DNA of 64,000 bases from positions 4,276-68,275 of the forward strand of contig JBPPMS010000127.1 of NCBI GenBank assembly GCA_051306175.1, written 5' to 3'. Source of the DNA: Mycobacterium sp. GTDB lineage: Bacteria > Actinomycetota > Actinomycetes > Mycobacteriales > Mycobacteriaceae. Numbering within the stretch: the first letter of the stretch is position 1; each line of letters starts with the position of its first letter. This document shows, in pieces, positions 54,240-64,000 of the stretch. Below the pieces are notes generated by a model. That model saw only the letters and a list, made by a program, of their open reading frames with translations. It had not been told where the DNA came from and did no database searches. The position numbers and the translations under genes were made by a program.

Positions 54240-57200
54240 TCAATGACGCAGCGGGCCCGGGCTCCACAGCCCGCTACGTGTTGCGGTACCGAGATCCAAC
54301 CGGGCAGGTTGGGCGTCGGGGTAGTACAGCGTGAGCCGCTGCAGCGCGCCCCAGTCGCGCTCCCAGTCGTTGTCGAGGTAGGTAGGCACGGTGGTCGCGC
54401 GCAGCAGCAGCTCGGTGATGCCGAGCGGGCCACCACCGTAGGTGTCCATCACCGGCGAGTTAGCTTCGGCGCCGAACCGGTCGGGCAGAATCCGCCACCG
54501 CGGCACCTCGGTGACCCCGTTTTGGTGGTCGAAGGGACGCTGGCACGGGAACGCCAGGCCCACCAGCCAGTCAAGCATGACCGGGTCGTCGCTGCCGACC
54601 AGTTCTTGGAGCGTCTCCAGTTGCGGGATGCGGGGCGGAGTGAGCGCGATCCAGTGCGTCGGCGCCAGATCGTCGTCGATGGCGACCAACCGGATTCCGG
54701 TGGCGTCCTCCGGGATCGCCGACAGCGGCACCCGCAGGTTGCGCCACGCGGGTTGGGCGCCGATGTCGGTGAGGTTGACGCTGCCGTCGGGTTCGGCGTC
54801 GGGGGAGTCGATATTGGCGGTGGACCACTGCACCTCGACCTCGTTGCGGTCGAACCGACCTGCGGCCGCGACCACGACGAGCGGGCCTGCTTCGTCGCGC
54901 GGCGGCAGCCGGTACCACGCCGACCGCAACGTCGCGGGCTGCTGGTTGCGGGCGCGGTAGCTACCCAGCACGGGCGTGCGGGCGGGGTCGAGACCGAACG
55001 GAAGACGTGCATTCGAGCCGTTGATTCCCGCGGCCGCCGTCGTCCCGCCCTCGGTGCCAGCCTCGCTGTCCTGCGAGGTCTCGTCCTGGGTGTTGACGAA
55101 CGCGTCGTCCCCCGGGGAGTCGATGAGTTCGTCGGCTGACAGGTCGGACGGGATGCCGTCCGCAGCGAATCCGGTGGACGTCGCGGCACCGAGCGCTTCG
55201 CCGACCGGAGTCGAAACAGGTTGCAGCAGGCCGGCAGTCGGGTCTTGCTCGACGAGGACGTCGTTGGCCAGACCGCACGTCTTACCGGTGAGTGCCTCCA
55301 GGTTGGAACGGCCCACCGACCACGCCGGGTACTGCGCGATCATCGCCGCGGTAAGTGATACCACCTCGAACATCACCAGGGCCCACGTCGCGAAGGCCAG
55401 CGGGGCGCGCAGCCACGAACTCACCATGGCGAACCGTGGGCGCGGGATGGTGTCGGCACGGCCAAAGAAGTGCACCCACACGGCGTAGGCCAGCGTGAGG
55501 AACGACAGCACGAGCAGGACCGTGCTGAAGCCGATACCGACTTCGGGCATCGAATTCGACCACGGCACACCGAAGTTCGACACGTACCACCAGCCGTTGA
55601 CACTGGCGAACGACAGCGCCAGCCCAAACAGTACGGCGGCGCCGAACACACTCCGGTTGCGTCTGGAGCGCATCGCCGCGGCGGTCACCGCCACCGCCGC
55701 TAGGGCACCTAGCGATCCCGCCAGCCCGGCGAACACGCCGAAGTGGTGCGTCCATTTCGTCGGCGTCGCCATCAACGCCAGGAACGAGATGACCGCGATG
55801 CCGATGATGCGCAGGCTCGGTCCTGACGCGGTGCCGGGGATGCGGCCCTTGCGCAGTGACATCGCCACCGCCACCGCCAGCGCGACGAGCAGCAGCAGCA
55901 CCGCGGCGCGGCGCGCGATCGACCCGTCCGGGGTGGCCAGGAACAGCCGTTCGTAGCGGGTGTGTTCCTCGAACCACGCCAGGCTGGGGCCGACCGCCGA
56001 CTTGGTCAGGCTGGCTTGCGCCTCGCCGACCAGTGTCTGGTCGCGGAAGATCAGGATGATCGTCACCGTGCCCGCGGCCAGAATGGGCGCCAGCAGCGGC
56101 CACAGCCCGAGTTCCCTGGAACGGCGCCGCAGGATCGTGCGCAGCGGGCCGACGGCCACCAGCAGCGCGCCGATGGACGCGATTCCGGTCGGGCCGGAGA
56201 ACAGTGTCAAACCGCCGATGATGCAGGCCACCGCGACGGGCAGCAGTCGGCTGGTGGCCACCCCGCGTTCGACCGAACACCAGGTGAGCAGGATGCCCAG
56301 CGCGATGATCGGTTCCGGCCGCAGCCCGTTGTTCAGCGGCAGCCAGACCGCCAGGAACATCCCTGCGGCCGTCCACGCCGCGGCCGGGGAGGTCTTGACG
56401 GCGTGCCCCAGCCGCGGGATCACCTCGCGGCTGATCACCCACCAGCACGCCAGCGCCATCAGCAGGGTGGGCAGCCGCATCCACACACTGGTGGTGCTGA
56501 CGTGCGACCACAATGCCAACAGGTCGTAATACCAGCCGAATGGGGCCTCCGGCGTGCCGTACCACCGGTAGTAGTTCGCCATGTAGCCGGCGTTCTCCGA
56601 CACCCGCGCCATGGTCAGGATGTAACCGTCATCCGAGGTGTTGGCGCCGACGAAATGCCACCACACCAGGACCGCGGCGACGACTCCGTCCAGCGGCTTC
56701 AGCGACCACCAGTGGCGTGGCAGGAAACGACGGTGGCGGACGCCGTCGCTGGTGTCGAGCACGTGCAGTGCGCCCAGCGACACGATGGTCAGCACCACTC
56801 CCAGGACCATCACCAGCCACTTGGTCAGGGTTGGTGAGCTGCTGTAACGGCTGTCGACCGTGGCGGAGAACTGCATACCGGGTGGGGCAGGCCCTTCGAG
56901 ATCGGTGAACACCCCGACGATCTGCGGTCGGAAGTCGTAGCCGGTGCGCTGGCCCGCCAGTGGTTCGCCGGGCTCGTCGGAGTCGGGTCCGTTGACCAGG
57001 CCGACGAACTCGCCTGCCACCCGGTCGGAGTACGCAATGAAGGTGAGTTCGCGGCAGTTGGGGCTGAGTACCTCATCCATCGGGGCGACGACGACGGGCG
57101 TGTTGCGCACAATGACCGCGAGGTTGTTGCCGGTGCGCTCGATGAGCAAGCCGCGGTCGACCGCGTTGGGCGCCTGCTTAGGCACCGTCGACAACAGGAC

Positions 57201-57488
57201 GGTGCGCGCGTCGTTGTCCTCGCCGGCCAGGCCGGCCGCAGCGCTGCACGGCACGGTGATGCTCAGGTCGGTGGCGGTGTAGCCGATCAGAGGGGCGGTG
57301 ACGCTGTCCAGTACACCGTTCTGTGGCCAGTTGAGCTGTGCGGTCGTCTGGCTGACGGGAAGCAGCGGCGTGGCCACCGCCAGCACCGCGCCGAGCAGTC
57401 CTGCCACGATGGCGACGATGCGTACGGTGCGGTATTTGTCCCTACGGTGGGGCGCCCCGTCGCTCACGGAGCTAGATGTTAACTGCAT
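54240..57488 (-). CDS. embC: Arabinosyltransferase EmbC (lipoarabinomannan)
   Basis: TSDDGYILTMARVSENAGYMANYYRWYGTPEAPFGWYYD. It is the first emb gene after aftA, and its ATG overlaps the aftA stop (TAATG). Confidence 0.95.
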   Translation of the reverse strand: MQLTSSSVSDGAPHRRDKYRTVRIVAIVAGLLGAVLAVATPLLPVSQTTAQLNWPQNGVLDSVTAPLIGYTATDLSITVPCSAAAGLAGEDNDARTVLLSTVPKQAPNAVDRGLLIERTGNNLAVIVRNTPVVVAPMDEVLSPNCRELTFIAYSDRVAGEFVGLVNGPDSDEPGEPLAGQRTGYDFRPQIVGVFTDLEGPAPPGMQFSATVDSRYSSSPTLTKWLVMVLGVVLTIVSLGALHVLDTSDGVRHRRFLPRHWWSLKPLDGVVAAVLVWWHFVGANTSDDGYILTMARVSENAGYMANYYRWYGTPEAPFGWYYDLLALWSHVSTTSVWMRLPTLLMALACWWVISREVIPRLGHAVKTSPAAAWTAAGMFLAVWLPLNNGLRPEPIIALGILLTWCSVERGVATSRLLPVAVACIIGGLTLFSGPTGIASIGALLVAVGPLRTILRRRSRELGLWPLLAPILAAGTVTIILIFRDQTLVGEAQASLTKSAVGPSLAWFEEHTRYERLFLATPDGSIARRAAVLLLLVALAVAVAMSLRKGRIPGTASGPSLRIIGIAVISFLALMATPTKWTHHFGVFAGLAGSLGALAAVAVTAAAMRSRRNRSVFGAAVLFGLALSFASVNGWWYVSNFGVPWSNSMPEVGIGFSTVLLVLSFLTLAYAVWVHFFGRADTIPRPRFAMVSSWLRAPLAFATWALVMFEVVSLTAAMIAQYPAWSVGRSNLEALTGKTCGLANDVLVEQDPTAGLLQPVSTPVGEALGAATSTGFAADGIPSDLSADELIDSPGDDAFVNTQDETSQDSEAGTEGGTTAAAGINGSNARLPFGLDPARTPVLGSYRARNQQPATLRSAWYRLPPRDEAGPLVVVAAAGRFDRNEVEVQWSTANIDSPDAEPDGSVNLTDIGAQPAWRNLRVPLSAIPEDATGIRLVAIDDDLAPTHWIALTPPRIPQLETLQELVGSDDPVMLDWLVGLAFPCQRPFDHQNGVTEVPRWRILPDRFGAEANSPVMDTYGGGPLGITELLLRATTVPTYLDNDWERDWGALQRLTLYYPDAQPARLDLGTATRSGLWSPGPLRH

Positions 57489-59368
57489 TACCCGGATTGG
57501 CTTGGGTCGCGGATGGCCAACACGAACGGGCCGATCTCGGTGACGGTGAAACGGGGGTCGTCGAAGAGCGTCGCTTTGAGTTCCACGCTGTAGCGCCGCA
57601 CATTCGGCTGATTGGGGTAGACGTCCTCGGCGAGCCGCAGCGAGTAGCTTTCCGGGCCTGCGTGGCGCATCAGGAAAACCGTCGGTGCTTGCCAGGGCAG
57701 CTCGTCGAGTGTGGCGACGAACTCGTCACCCGATTCCAGTTCGGCCCAGCTCTCGATGGCTGCGGCGCGCTCGTCGAACATCGCCAGCGGGTTGGCGTAA
57801 TGCGACGTCAGCCCCTGGAATCCGAGATAAGGATAGTAGGACAGGAAGCTGTAGTCCGCGGTGAGCACCACCGTGTGATCGCGTGGGGCTCCCGTCGCGG
57901 ACTGGATGACGGCGTCCACTTCGGCGTAGTACTTCTCGGCCCCGGGCGGGCGGCGATCAGCGCGCTCGCCGGTGCCGTCGGTGTCGCTGTAGGCGATGAC
58001 GATCTCGGGGCGCAGGATGTCGGGGATGTCCTGACTGAACGCCACTGCCCCGGCCGCGCCGATCACTGCGGCCACCGGCACCACCCGTTGACCCCAGCGG
58101 ACGGCCAGGTCGTGCGCCCCCTCGACGAAGCCGAACACTCCGGCGGCGGCCAGCAGCGCGATCAGCGGCGGCTCAAGACGGAACGAGAGCAGCGTGGTGC
58201 CGCCGAGCGTCGTCAGCATCGACAGCAGCGACCAACCGTAGGCGACCAGCACGCCGATGGTCAGTGCCGCGGCACGCACCGATGAGCGTGCGCGTGCCAC
58301 CAACCACCCGGTGCCGAGCAGGCACAGCGCACCCAGCAGGCTGACGTCCAGCATCGGGAACGGCAGCTCTGCCCCGCTCTGGGGTAGGTAGTGCAGTGCG
58401 CTGCCGGAACCGCTCGTCGGCGACGACGCCGCGCGCAGCAGATAGGGCAGCCACGTGACGGCGGCGATGGCGGCGGCGATGCCGGCCGCGACCGCCAGCC
58501 TGATCAGCGGTTGGATGCCGCGCGCCAGCAGCGCCATCACGACGACGCATAACGCGGCGTAACCGAGTAGCAGCGTGTAGAACGTAGCGGTCACACCGAG
58601 ATAGATCCCGACACCCACGACGGCTGCCCACCCGCTGTGGCCATTTCGCGGGTCGCTTCGTTCCTGCCCTCCGTTTCGCGCGGCGCCCCGCAGCCCCGAC
58701 CACGCCAGCACCAGGACGGGGGGCAGCATCACGGTGAGCACCGCGCTGTAGGGCTCGGGCGAGGCGAACGCCAACGTGACGGCGGTGGTCGCGCTGGCGA
58801 CGATCAGCGCGTACTCGAAGCGCACCATCATCGACCAGAGTGCCAGCGCGATCACAGCGGCCACGGCAATGGACGTGATCGCCCACGGCTTGTACATCTC
58901 CCAACCGGCGGTGCCGGTCAGGGCGGCGGCGCGTCCGCCCAGCCAGAACCAGCCCGGCGGATAGAACGGCGGCAGGTCGGCGTAGGTCATATCGCGCAGC
59001 GCGGGGCTCTCGGTCAAGCGGGTGAGGTACTCGGTGCGGAACTGCTGGTCCACCGAGATCCCGAACAGGTACAGCTTGGTGGCGCCCAACGGCATCGCGA
59101 GGGTCACGACGGAGAATGCGCTCACTCCAAGTGCGGCCAATACCCTTGCGATCCAACGGCGTCCACGCCGCCACAGCAGGCCCGATCCGAACAGCACGGC
59201 GAGGCAGATGATCTGGCCTACGCTCGTCAGCGCGTGTAGCTGATTGGACGACGGGTACGCGGGCCACTCGACCCGGGCGATCGCAAGCAGAGCCACAGCA
59301 GAGACGGCAACCGCGATCACAGCTGCGGCGGCGATCTGGCCGACGGTGGCCAGCGCGGTGCGCATCAC
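57488..59368 (-). CDS. aftA: Galactan-priming arabinofuranosyltransferase AftA
   Basis: This 626-aa polytopic GT-C protein contains [11 protein letters not shown]. The position between dprE2 and embC matches Mtb Rv3792. Start is the GTG at 59368 or the ATG at 59365. Confidence 0.92.
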   Translation of the reverse strand: MMRTALATVGQIAAAAVIAVAVSAVALLAIARVEWPAYPSSNQLHALTSVGQIICLAVLFGSGLLWRRGRRWIARVLAALGVSAFSVVTLAMPLGATKLYLFGISVDQQFRTEYLTRLTESPALRDMTYADLPPFYPPGWFWLGGRAAALTGTAGWEMYKPWAITSIAVAAVIALALWSMMVRFEYALIVASATTAVTLAFASPEPYSAVLTVMLPPVLVLAWSGLRGAARNGGQERSDPRNGHSGWAAVVGVGIYLGVTATFYTLLLGYAALCVVVMALLARGIQPLIRLAVAAGIAAAIAAVTWLPYLLRAASSPTSGSGSALHYLPQSGAELPFPMLDVSLLGALCLLGTGWLVARARSSVRAAALTIGVLVAYGWSLLSMLTTLGGTTLLSFRLEPPLIALLAAAGVFGFVEGAHDLAVRWGQRVVPVAAVIGAAGAVAFSQDIPDILRPEIVIAYSDTDGTGERADRRPPGAEKYYAEVDAVIQSATGAPRDHTVVLTADYSFLSYYPYLGFQGLTSHYANPLAMFDERAAAIESWAELESGDEFVATLDELPWQAPTVFLMRHAGPESYSLRLAEDVYPNQPNVRRYSVELKATLFDDPRFTVTEIGPFVLAIRDPSQSG

Positions 59369-59374
59369 CTGCGG

Positions 59375-60136
59375 TTAGATCGGCAGCCTGCGGAAGATCG
59401 GCCTCGGGATGTGACGCAGGATCATCATCACGTAGCGGAAGGCGCCCGGCGCCCAGACCAGGTCCTTGCCCTTGGCCGACGCCGTGACGGCCAGGTTGGC
59501 GACGTACTCCTTGTCCACGGTCAGTGGCGCTTCCTTGACGTGTGCGCTCATCCGGGTGCGCACCTGGCCGGGGCGGATCACGAGCACGTGGACGCCGAAT
59601 TCCTTGAGCGCCTCTCCCAGGCCGAGATAGAACCCGTCGAGACCCGCCTTGGTGGAGCCGTAGACGAAGTTCGACCTACGCACCCGCTCACCGGCTGCCG
59701 AGCTCATCGCGATGATCTGGCCGAAGCCCTGGGCTTTCATTTTCTCGCCCAGTAGTACTCCGACGGAAACCGCTGCGGTGTAGTTGACCTCGGCGATCAG
59801 CACCGCCTTGGGCTGGTTCTGCCAGAGTTCCTCGGCATCGCCGAGCAGGCCGAATGCGACGATCGCGACGTCGATATCGCCGTTGGCGGCGGCCTTGTCG
59901 ATCACCGCGGGGTGGGTGTCGGTCTGCACGGCGTCGAAGTCGATCACCTCGACCTCTTTGGCGCCTGCCGCTTTCATCTGTGCGACGGCGGCGCCGCGAC
60001 CGGGATCGTCGGGCAGTGCCGCCAGCACGATACGGGCGGATGCGTCCCGCAGGTAGCGCTCGCAGATCGCCAGTCCGATCTCCGAGGTGCCGCCGAGTAG
60101 GAGGATCGACTGGGGATTCCCCGTGGCGTCAAGCAT
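59375..60136 (-). CDS. dprE2: Decaprenylphosphoryl-2-keto-ribose reductase DprE2 (SDR)
   Basis: [14 protein letters not shown] is the SDR TGxxxGxG-type loop and YGSTKAGLD is the YxxxK motif. The protein is 253 aa and follows dprE1 directly (TAA then ATG). Confidence 0.95.
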   Translation of the reverse strand: MLDATGNPQSILLLGGTSEIGLAICERYLRDASARIVLAALPDDPGRGAAVAQMKAAGAKEVEVIDFDAVQTDTHPAVIDKAAANGDIDVAIVAFGLLGDAEELWQNQPKAVLIAEVNYTAAVSVGVLLGEKMKAQGFGQIIAMSSAAGERVRRSNFVYGSTKAGLDGFYLGLGEALKEFGVHVLVIRPGQVRTRMSAHVKEAPLTVDKEYVANLAVTASAKGKDLVWAPGAFRYVMMILRHIPRPIFRRLPI

Positions 60137-61519
60137 TTACAGGAGCTCCAAACGTCGGGCCATGTCAGAGGCGAACACCCCGGTGGGGTCGACCTTGCGG
60201 CGCACCGCGATCCATTCGTCGATGCGCGGGTACATGGCGTGGAAGGTGTCAGCGGTGGTACGTGAGTCTTTGGCGGTGTAGAGCCGTCCGCCGAATTCCA
60301 GTACGCGGCAGTCGAGTTCGCCGACGAAGGCGCTCAAGCCTGCTTTGATCGGGAAGTCGACGCACACGTTCCAGCCGCGAATCGGGAAGCTCAGCGGCGC
60401 TTTGTTTCCCGGTCCGAACAGCTTGAACACGTTGAGGAACGAATAGTGGCCCGAGCGTTGGATATCGACGATGATCGCCTTGAATTCGTCGACGGCCTCA
60501 GTGGGGACGACGAACTGATACTGCAGGAATCCCGCCGAACCGTAGGCCCGGTTCCACTCTCCGAACATGTCGAGAGGGTGGTAGAACTGCGTCAGGTTCT
60601 GCACCTTGCCGCGATAGGTGCCCGATTTGCGGTACCAGAGCTCGCCGATCGGGCCGAAGGTGTATTTGTTCGCTAGGCCGTTCGGGAACACATCGGGTAA
60701 CGAAAGCAGCTGCGGCGCGTCAAATTTGAGCGGGTCCTTCTGTAGCTTCGCCGGTAGCTGGTCGAGCTTGGCCAGCGAGCCGCGCGAGATCGCGGCGCGG
60801 CCCAGCCTCGGTGGGCCGCTGATGGCGTCGAACCAGGCGCTCGAGTAGGTGTAGTTGGTCTCGCTGCCGTCGCGGTGGAAGGTGACGGTCTCGTCGAGGC
60901 CAGCCGTGACATCGCCGTCGGCGATGAAGTAGGCCGTCTCGGTGGGCGTCATCTTGATCACCGCGCGCAGGATGATTCCCGTCAGCCCGTTGCCGCCGAC
61001 GGTGGCCCAGAACAGCTCGGATCCGGTGCCGTCGGGGGTGAGGTGGTGGATCGAACCGTCGGCCGTCAGCAGCTCCATCGAGCGGACGTGATCGCCGAAG
61101 CTGCCTGCGCTGTGGTGGTTCTTGCCGTGGATGTCGCAGGCGATGGCGCCGCCGATCGTGACCTGCCGCGTGCCGGGCAGCACCGGCACCCACAGCCCCA
61201 GCGGCAGCGCCGCCTTCATGAGCTGGTCGAGGTTCACGCCGCCATCCACATCGACAACGGCGTCGTCCGCATCGATGGTGTGGATGCGGTTCAGCGGCGT
61301 CATGTCGATGACGAGACCGCCGCCGTTGCAGGCGTTGTCGCCGTAGGAGCGGCCGAGTCCGCGCGCGATCACGCCGCGGGCGCCATCGTTGGCCACCTGG
61401 GCGACGGCCTTGGCGATCACTTCGGCATCCGGGGTCGACAACACCTGCGCGACGGTGGGGGCGGTGCGGCCCCAGCCGGTCAGGCGCTCGGTGGTGGTGG
61501 GAACGTCAGTGGTCAACAT
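60137..61519 (-). CDS. dprE1: Decaprenylphosphoryl-beta-D-ribose 2'-oxidase DprE1 (FAD)
   Basis: LTGWGRTAP...RGLGRSYGD is the FAD-binding PCMH domain. [15 protein letters not shown] contains the Cys equivalent to Mtb Cys387. Confidence 0.96.
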   Translation of the reverse strand: MLTTDVPTTTERLTGWGRTAPTVAQVLSTPDAEVIAKAVAQVANDGARGVIARGLGRSYGDNACNGGGLVIDMTPLNRIHTIDADDAVVDVDGGVNLDQLMKAALPLGLWVPVLPGTRQVTIGGAIACDIHGKNHHSAGSFGDHVRSMELLTADGSIHHLTPDGTGSELFWATVGGNGLTGIILRAVIKMTPTETAYFIADGDVTAGLDETVTFHRDGSETNYTYSSAWFDAISGPPRLGRAAISRGSLAKLDQLPAKLQKDPLKFDAPQLLSLPDVFPNGLANKYTFGPIGELWYRKSGTYRGKVQNLTQFYHPLDMFGEWNRAYGSAGFLQYQFVVPTEAVDEFKAIIVDIQRSGHYSFLNVFKLFGPGNKAPLSFPIRGWNVCVDFPIKAGLSAFVGELDCRVLEFGGRLYTAKDSRTTADTFHAMYPRIDEWIAVRRKVDPTGVFASDMARRLELL

Positions 61520-61555
61520 CGAGACGAGGGTACCGCCTGCCTTCAGCGCAACGGT

Positions 61556-61969
61556 TCAGCGCAACCGGAAAATCACCGTCCGCTGCACCACGAAGTTGAT
61601 CACGGTCGCCGTGCCCTGGGCGATGACGAACGCGACGGGCACCCGCCATGGCTTCTCGTCGAGCGCGAGGTAGAAGAGGTAGTTGATCCCGACCTGCACA
61701 GCGAAGGTGAGCGCGTACAGGCCCATGACGGCGATGAATCGGGCCCGGCTGGGCGGCGCTTGGAAGGTCCAGCGCCGGTTGATCAGGTAGGCCGTGGTGG
61801 TGCCCGCGATGAAGCTGAGCGTCTTGGCGAGGTTGACGTGCAGGCCTGCCTCGTCGAGCAGCAGGACGTAGAGACCGAAGTCGACGATCGCTGACACGGC
61901 GCCGGTGATAAGGAAGCGCAGCGCCTGAGCCTTGAGGCTCAGGCGTGGGTCGGGGGCGGTGTCGGCCAT
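61556..61969 (-). CDS. GtrA-family membrane protein (Rv3789-like, proposed DPA reorientation/AftA anchor)
   Basis: MADTAPDPRLSLKAQALRFLITGAVSAIVDFGLYVLL...INRRWTF is the GtrA signature with four TM helices. The ATG at 61969 lies within track ORF 61556..62089. Confidence 0.85.
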   Translation of the reverse strand: MADTAPDPRLSLKAQALRFLITGAVSAIVDFGLYVLLLDEAGLHVNLAKTLSFIAGTTTAYLINRRWTFQAPPSRARFIAVMGLYALTFAVQVGINYLFYLALDEKPWRVPVAFVIAQGTATVINFVVQRTVIFRLR

Positions 61970-62094
61970 CGCCGGAAGCTTAGACGGTCCACCAGGATGT
62001 GATTCTGCGCAAGCAGTGGCAGCCAGCGACAGACCCATGCCCCAGTGTGCGAGACGCCCCGGCGGACAATCCGCCGGGGCGATCGACAAGTCAT

Positions 62095-63084
62095 TCAGTT
62101 GCCGATGCCAACGACTTCCTTGGCGATCTGTGCGACGCGCGTCTGCGCCGCGGAGACGACGCCGTGACGATCCTTGTGCGCCTCTTCGTAGGCGATGACC
62201 ACGCGGATGTCGGACGGATCCTCGAGCTCCTTGACGGCCGACACTGCCTGGGTGACGTTGAGTTCGTCGTAGTCGGCGATCGGCAGCTCGTCGGCGGTCA
62301 GCACACCCGAGGCCGAACGCGCCGAGTGGATGGTCTTCGAGGCCTGGCTCGCGCCCTTGTCGCGGGTCACCTGCTCCGCGGTCTGCAGGGCGGCGTCGCG
62401 GGACGCCGACAGCGTGGTGGCGGCGATTTCACCGGCGCGCTGGCCACGGCCCAGCAGTTCCTGGGTGCGCTCGCGCAGTTCCTCGACGAAGTCGGGAGCG
62501 GTACGCACGGAGTCCAGCGCCCGGTCGACATTGCGGGCCGACCAGTAGACCGGCACGCTCACGACCTTCACGGCGACACCAGCGGCTGCCTGCAGCGGGG
62601 TCCGGCGCAAGGCGGCCGGGCCGCCGAGCGCATCTTCTGCCAGCACGACGGTCAGCCATTCCACGGTCGCCGCGTGCGCGGTGATCAGGCGATCCGCGAG
62701 ACTCTGGACATCGCTCTCCTTGGCCGCGACCGCGAGCGCCTTGACGTAGCGTGCGCGATCCAGCAGCTGATGCTCCAGCGCGAGGTCACCCAGCAGCGCC
62801 TCGTCGAACGGCTGCGCCTGCTCGGTCAGCGCCTTGACGGCGGCCGCCGCACGACCCAGGAATGGGCCGATCACGTCCGGGAAACCGCCGAGATCGCGAA
62901 TGGCGGCCTCGATGGCCTCGGCCCGCGCGCGACCGTTGGCGGCGTTCTGTTTGAGCTCGGTACGGACGGCGTCGGTACGGGCTTGCAGTACTCGTGTCTC
63001 CGCGACCTGAATCTCGGTGTTGGTGAGATCAAGAAGCGTGCGCAACTGCACGAGCAAGGTGGCGGTATCTCTGGTGGTGGTCAT
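62095..63084 (-). CDS. Conserved hypothetical protein: helical/ferritin-like N-terminal part plus a conserved actinobacterial C-terminal module
   Basis: The ATG at 63084 (MTTTRDTATLLVQLRTLLDL) lies within track ORF 62095..63549, and the upstream part of that ORF is R-rich junk. The C-terminus reads LPIADYDELNVTQAVSAVKELEDPSDIRVVIAYEEAHKDRHGV. The function is unknown to me. Confidence 0.7.
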   Translation of the reverse strand: MTTTRDTATLLVQLRTLLDLTNTEIQVAETRVLQARTDAVRTELKQNAANGRARAEAIEAAIRDLGGFPDVIGPFLGRAAAAVKALTEQAQPFDEALLGDLALEHQLLDRARYVKALAVAAKESDVQSLADRLITAHAATVEWLTVVLAEDALGGPAALRRTPLQAAAGVAVKVVSVPVYWSARNVDRALDSVRTAPDFVEELRERTQELLGRGQRAGEIAATTLSASRDAALQTAEQVTRDKGASQASKTIHSARSASGVLTADELPIADYDELNVTQAVSAVKELEDPSDIRVVIAYEEAHKDRHGVVSAAQTRVAQIAKEVVGIGN

Positions 63085-63487
63085 GGTTGATCTGCCCCTT
63101 CGGCGTTGACGGATTGGGTCTGTGTGACATACACCTGGCTGTCGCCTACCCGTAGTCATCGACTCCGAAAACCATTGCTGTCGATCACGATTGGATGCGG
63201 GGGGCCTGAGCGTTACACCGCAAACATCGAACTGAGCAGATCTGCGTTGCGACCTGGGGCGAAGGCGGACCCGCCTAGACTCGGCACCGTTCTGTTTCGG
63301 CGGCGTTGAATGCGTCACATCTTGCTCGCAGCCACCTCGGCCCGATCGCCCAGGACGCCGCACAGCGCGTCGACGGGCGCCAGAGCGAGATCTTTGGCGA
63401 GGCTGCGCGACGGCGGCAACCTCGTGCCTGTGCCGGCCCCCCAAACGCACCGCGCCGGGCAGGCTGACACGGAGGAGGATCGACCCC

Positions 63488-63913
63488 ATGTCCACTGACG
63501 AACACCCGGTCGCCGCGCTCTCCGCCGAGGAATGCTGGGACCTACTCAAATCCGTCGCGCTCGGCAGGCTCGTGACCGTGGTCGGCGATCAGATCGAGAT
63601 CTTCCCGGTGAACTTCGTCACGCAGAAGCACTCGATCCTCTTCCGCACCGCCGAGGGCACCAAGCTCTTCGCCACCCTGATGAACGACCAGGTGGTGTTC
63701 GAGGCCGACGATCACACAGTGCTCGGCGGATGGAGCGTCGTCGTCCGCGGCACCGCACGCGAACTGACCGGCAAAGACGAGATCGCCGCGGCGGAGCGCG
63801 CGCATCTGCTGACCTGGACAGCCACCCTCAAACAGCGATTCGTCCGGATCGAGGTGGCCGGACTGTCCGGTCGCCGCTTCCTCTTCGGTGCTGAACCCGA
63901 TTACACCCAGTAG
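63488..63913 (+). CDS. Pyridoxamine 5'-phosphate oxidase family (split-barrel, possibly F420/FMN-dependent) protein
   Basis: LSAEECWDLLKSVALGRLVTVVGDQIEIFPVNFV...VVFEADD...GWSVVVRGTAREL is typical of this family. A GGAGGAGG SD lies upstream. Confidence 0.85.
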   Translation: MSTDEHPVAALSAEECWDLLKSVALGRLVTVVGDQIEIFPVNFVTQKHSILFRTAEGTKLFATLMNDQVVFEADDHTVLGGWSVVVRGTARELTGKDEIAAAERAHLLTWTATLKQRFVRIEVAGLSGRRFLFGAEPDYTQ

Positions 63914-64000
63914 GGCACCCGCGCACGGCACTGGCGCAGCGCGAGCAGGGCGGCGGTCCAACCCAGCACGGTCAGCACCAGCACCACGATCCAGTGGTTC
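63901..64000 (-). CDS. C-terminal 32 codons of a membrane protein entering from the right edge
   Basis: The reverse complement reads NHWIVVLVLTVLGWTAALLALRQCRARVPYWV, followed by TAA at 63901-63903. GC3 is very high. It overlaps the end of the convergent PPOX gene by 13 nt. Confidence 0.4.
   Translation of the reverse strand, partial: NHWIVVLVLTVLGWTAALLALRQCRARVPYWV

Noticed and set aside
47812-57488. Three roughly 3.2-kb similar segments as a repeat or assembly artefact
   Set aside because: They are the expected embC/embA/embB paralogs, each with distinct diagnostic sequence around the DDGY(I/N)L(G/T)MAR motif and intact frames.
63085-63487. 400-bp intergenic region examined for a riboswitch, sRNA or small ORF
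   Set aside because: I could recognise no conserved RNA motif by eye. The only ORF (63310..63498) is R/A/P-rich with poor coding character. An Rfam scan would be needed to rule an RNA in or out.

Overview
High-GC actinobacterial window. Its gene content and order match the mycobacterial cell-envelope supercluster, running antiparallel to M. tuberculosis H37Rv from sodA (Rv3846) to about Rv3788; Rv numbers are from memory. The absence of the Mtb sulfolipid, PE_PGRS and IS genes and the presence of three tandem Ag85 genes suggest a fast-growing Mycobacterium or Mycolicibacterium.

Left to right:
- Partial sodA, rhodanese, glpQ, bfrB, an LCP protein, a CPBP protease, an IdeR-box-preceded DUF2470-like gene, pheA, a histidine phosphatase and serS.
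- An MBL-Rieske protein, two tandem PlsC acyltransferases, a HAD hydrolase and a DUF559 gene bracketed by repeats.
- An amidase/LGFP surface protein and erp.
- The arabinogalactan block glf-glfT2-PAP2 phosphatase-ubiA-aftB.
- Three tandem Ag85 genes, a DUF732 lipoprotein, the Culp6-like cutinase and the mycolate condensation operon fadD32-pks13-accD4.
- A roughly 5.4 kb non-cluster slot, described below.
- On the minus strand: embB, embA, embC, aftA, dprE2, dprE1, a GtrA-like protein and a ferritin-like protein, followed by a plus-strand PPOX-family gene.

The non-cluster slot holds an unknown membrane protein with a perfect 36-bp tandem duplication, an RDD protein, a translationally coupled N6-adenine methyltransferase plus nuclease-like gene pair, an R2lox-type oxidase and a gene relic. 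The methyltransferase/nuclease pair is the best candidate for a discrete accessory or defence system. It looks like a type II restriction-modification module, but I cannot assign the partner protein to a family without a search.

I recognised no rRNA, tRNA, CRISPR array or transposase. Many long ORFs in the track are antisense or alternate-frame artefacts of the high GC content. All homology statements rest on motifs read by eye and recalled sequences, not on database searches.
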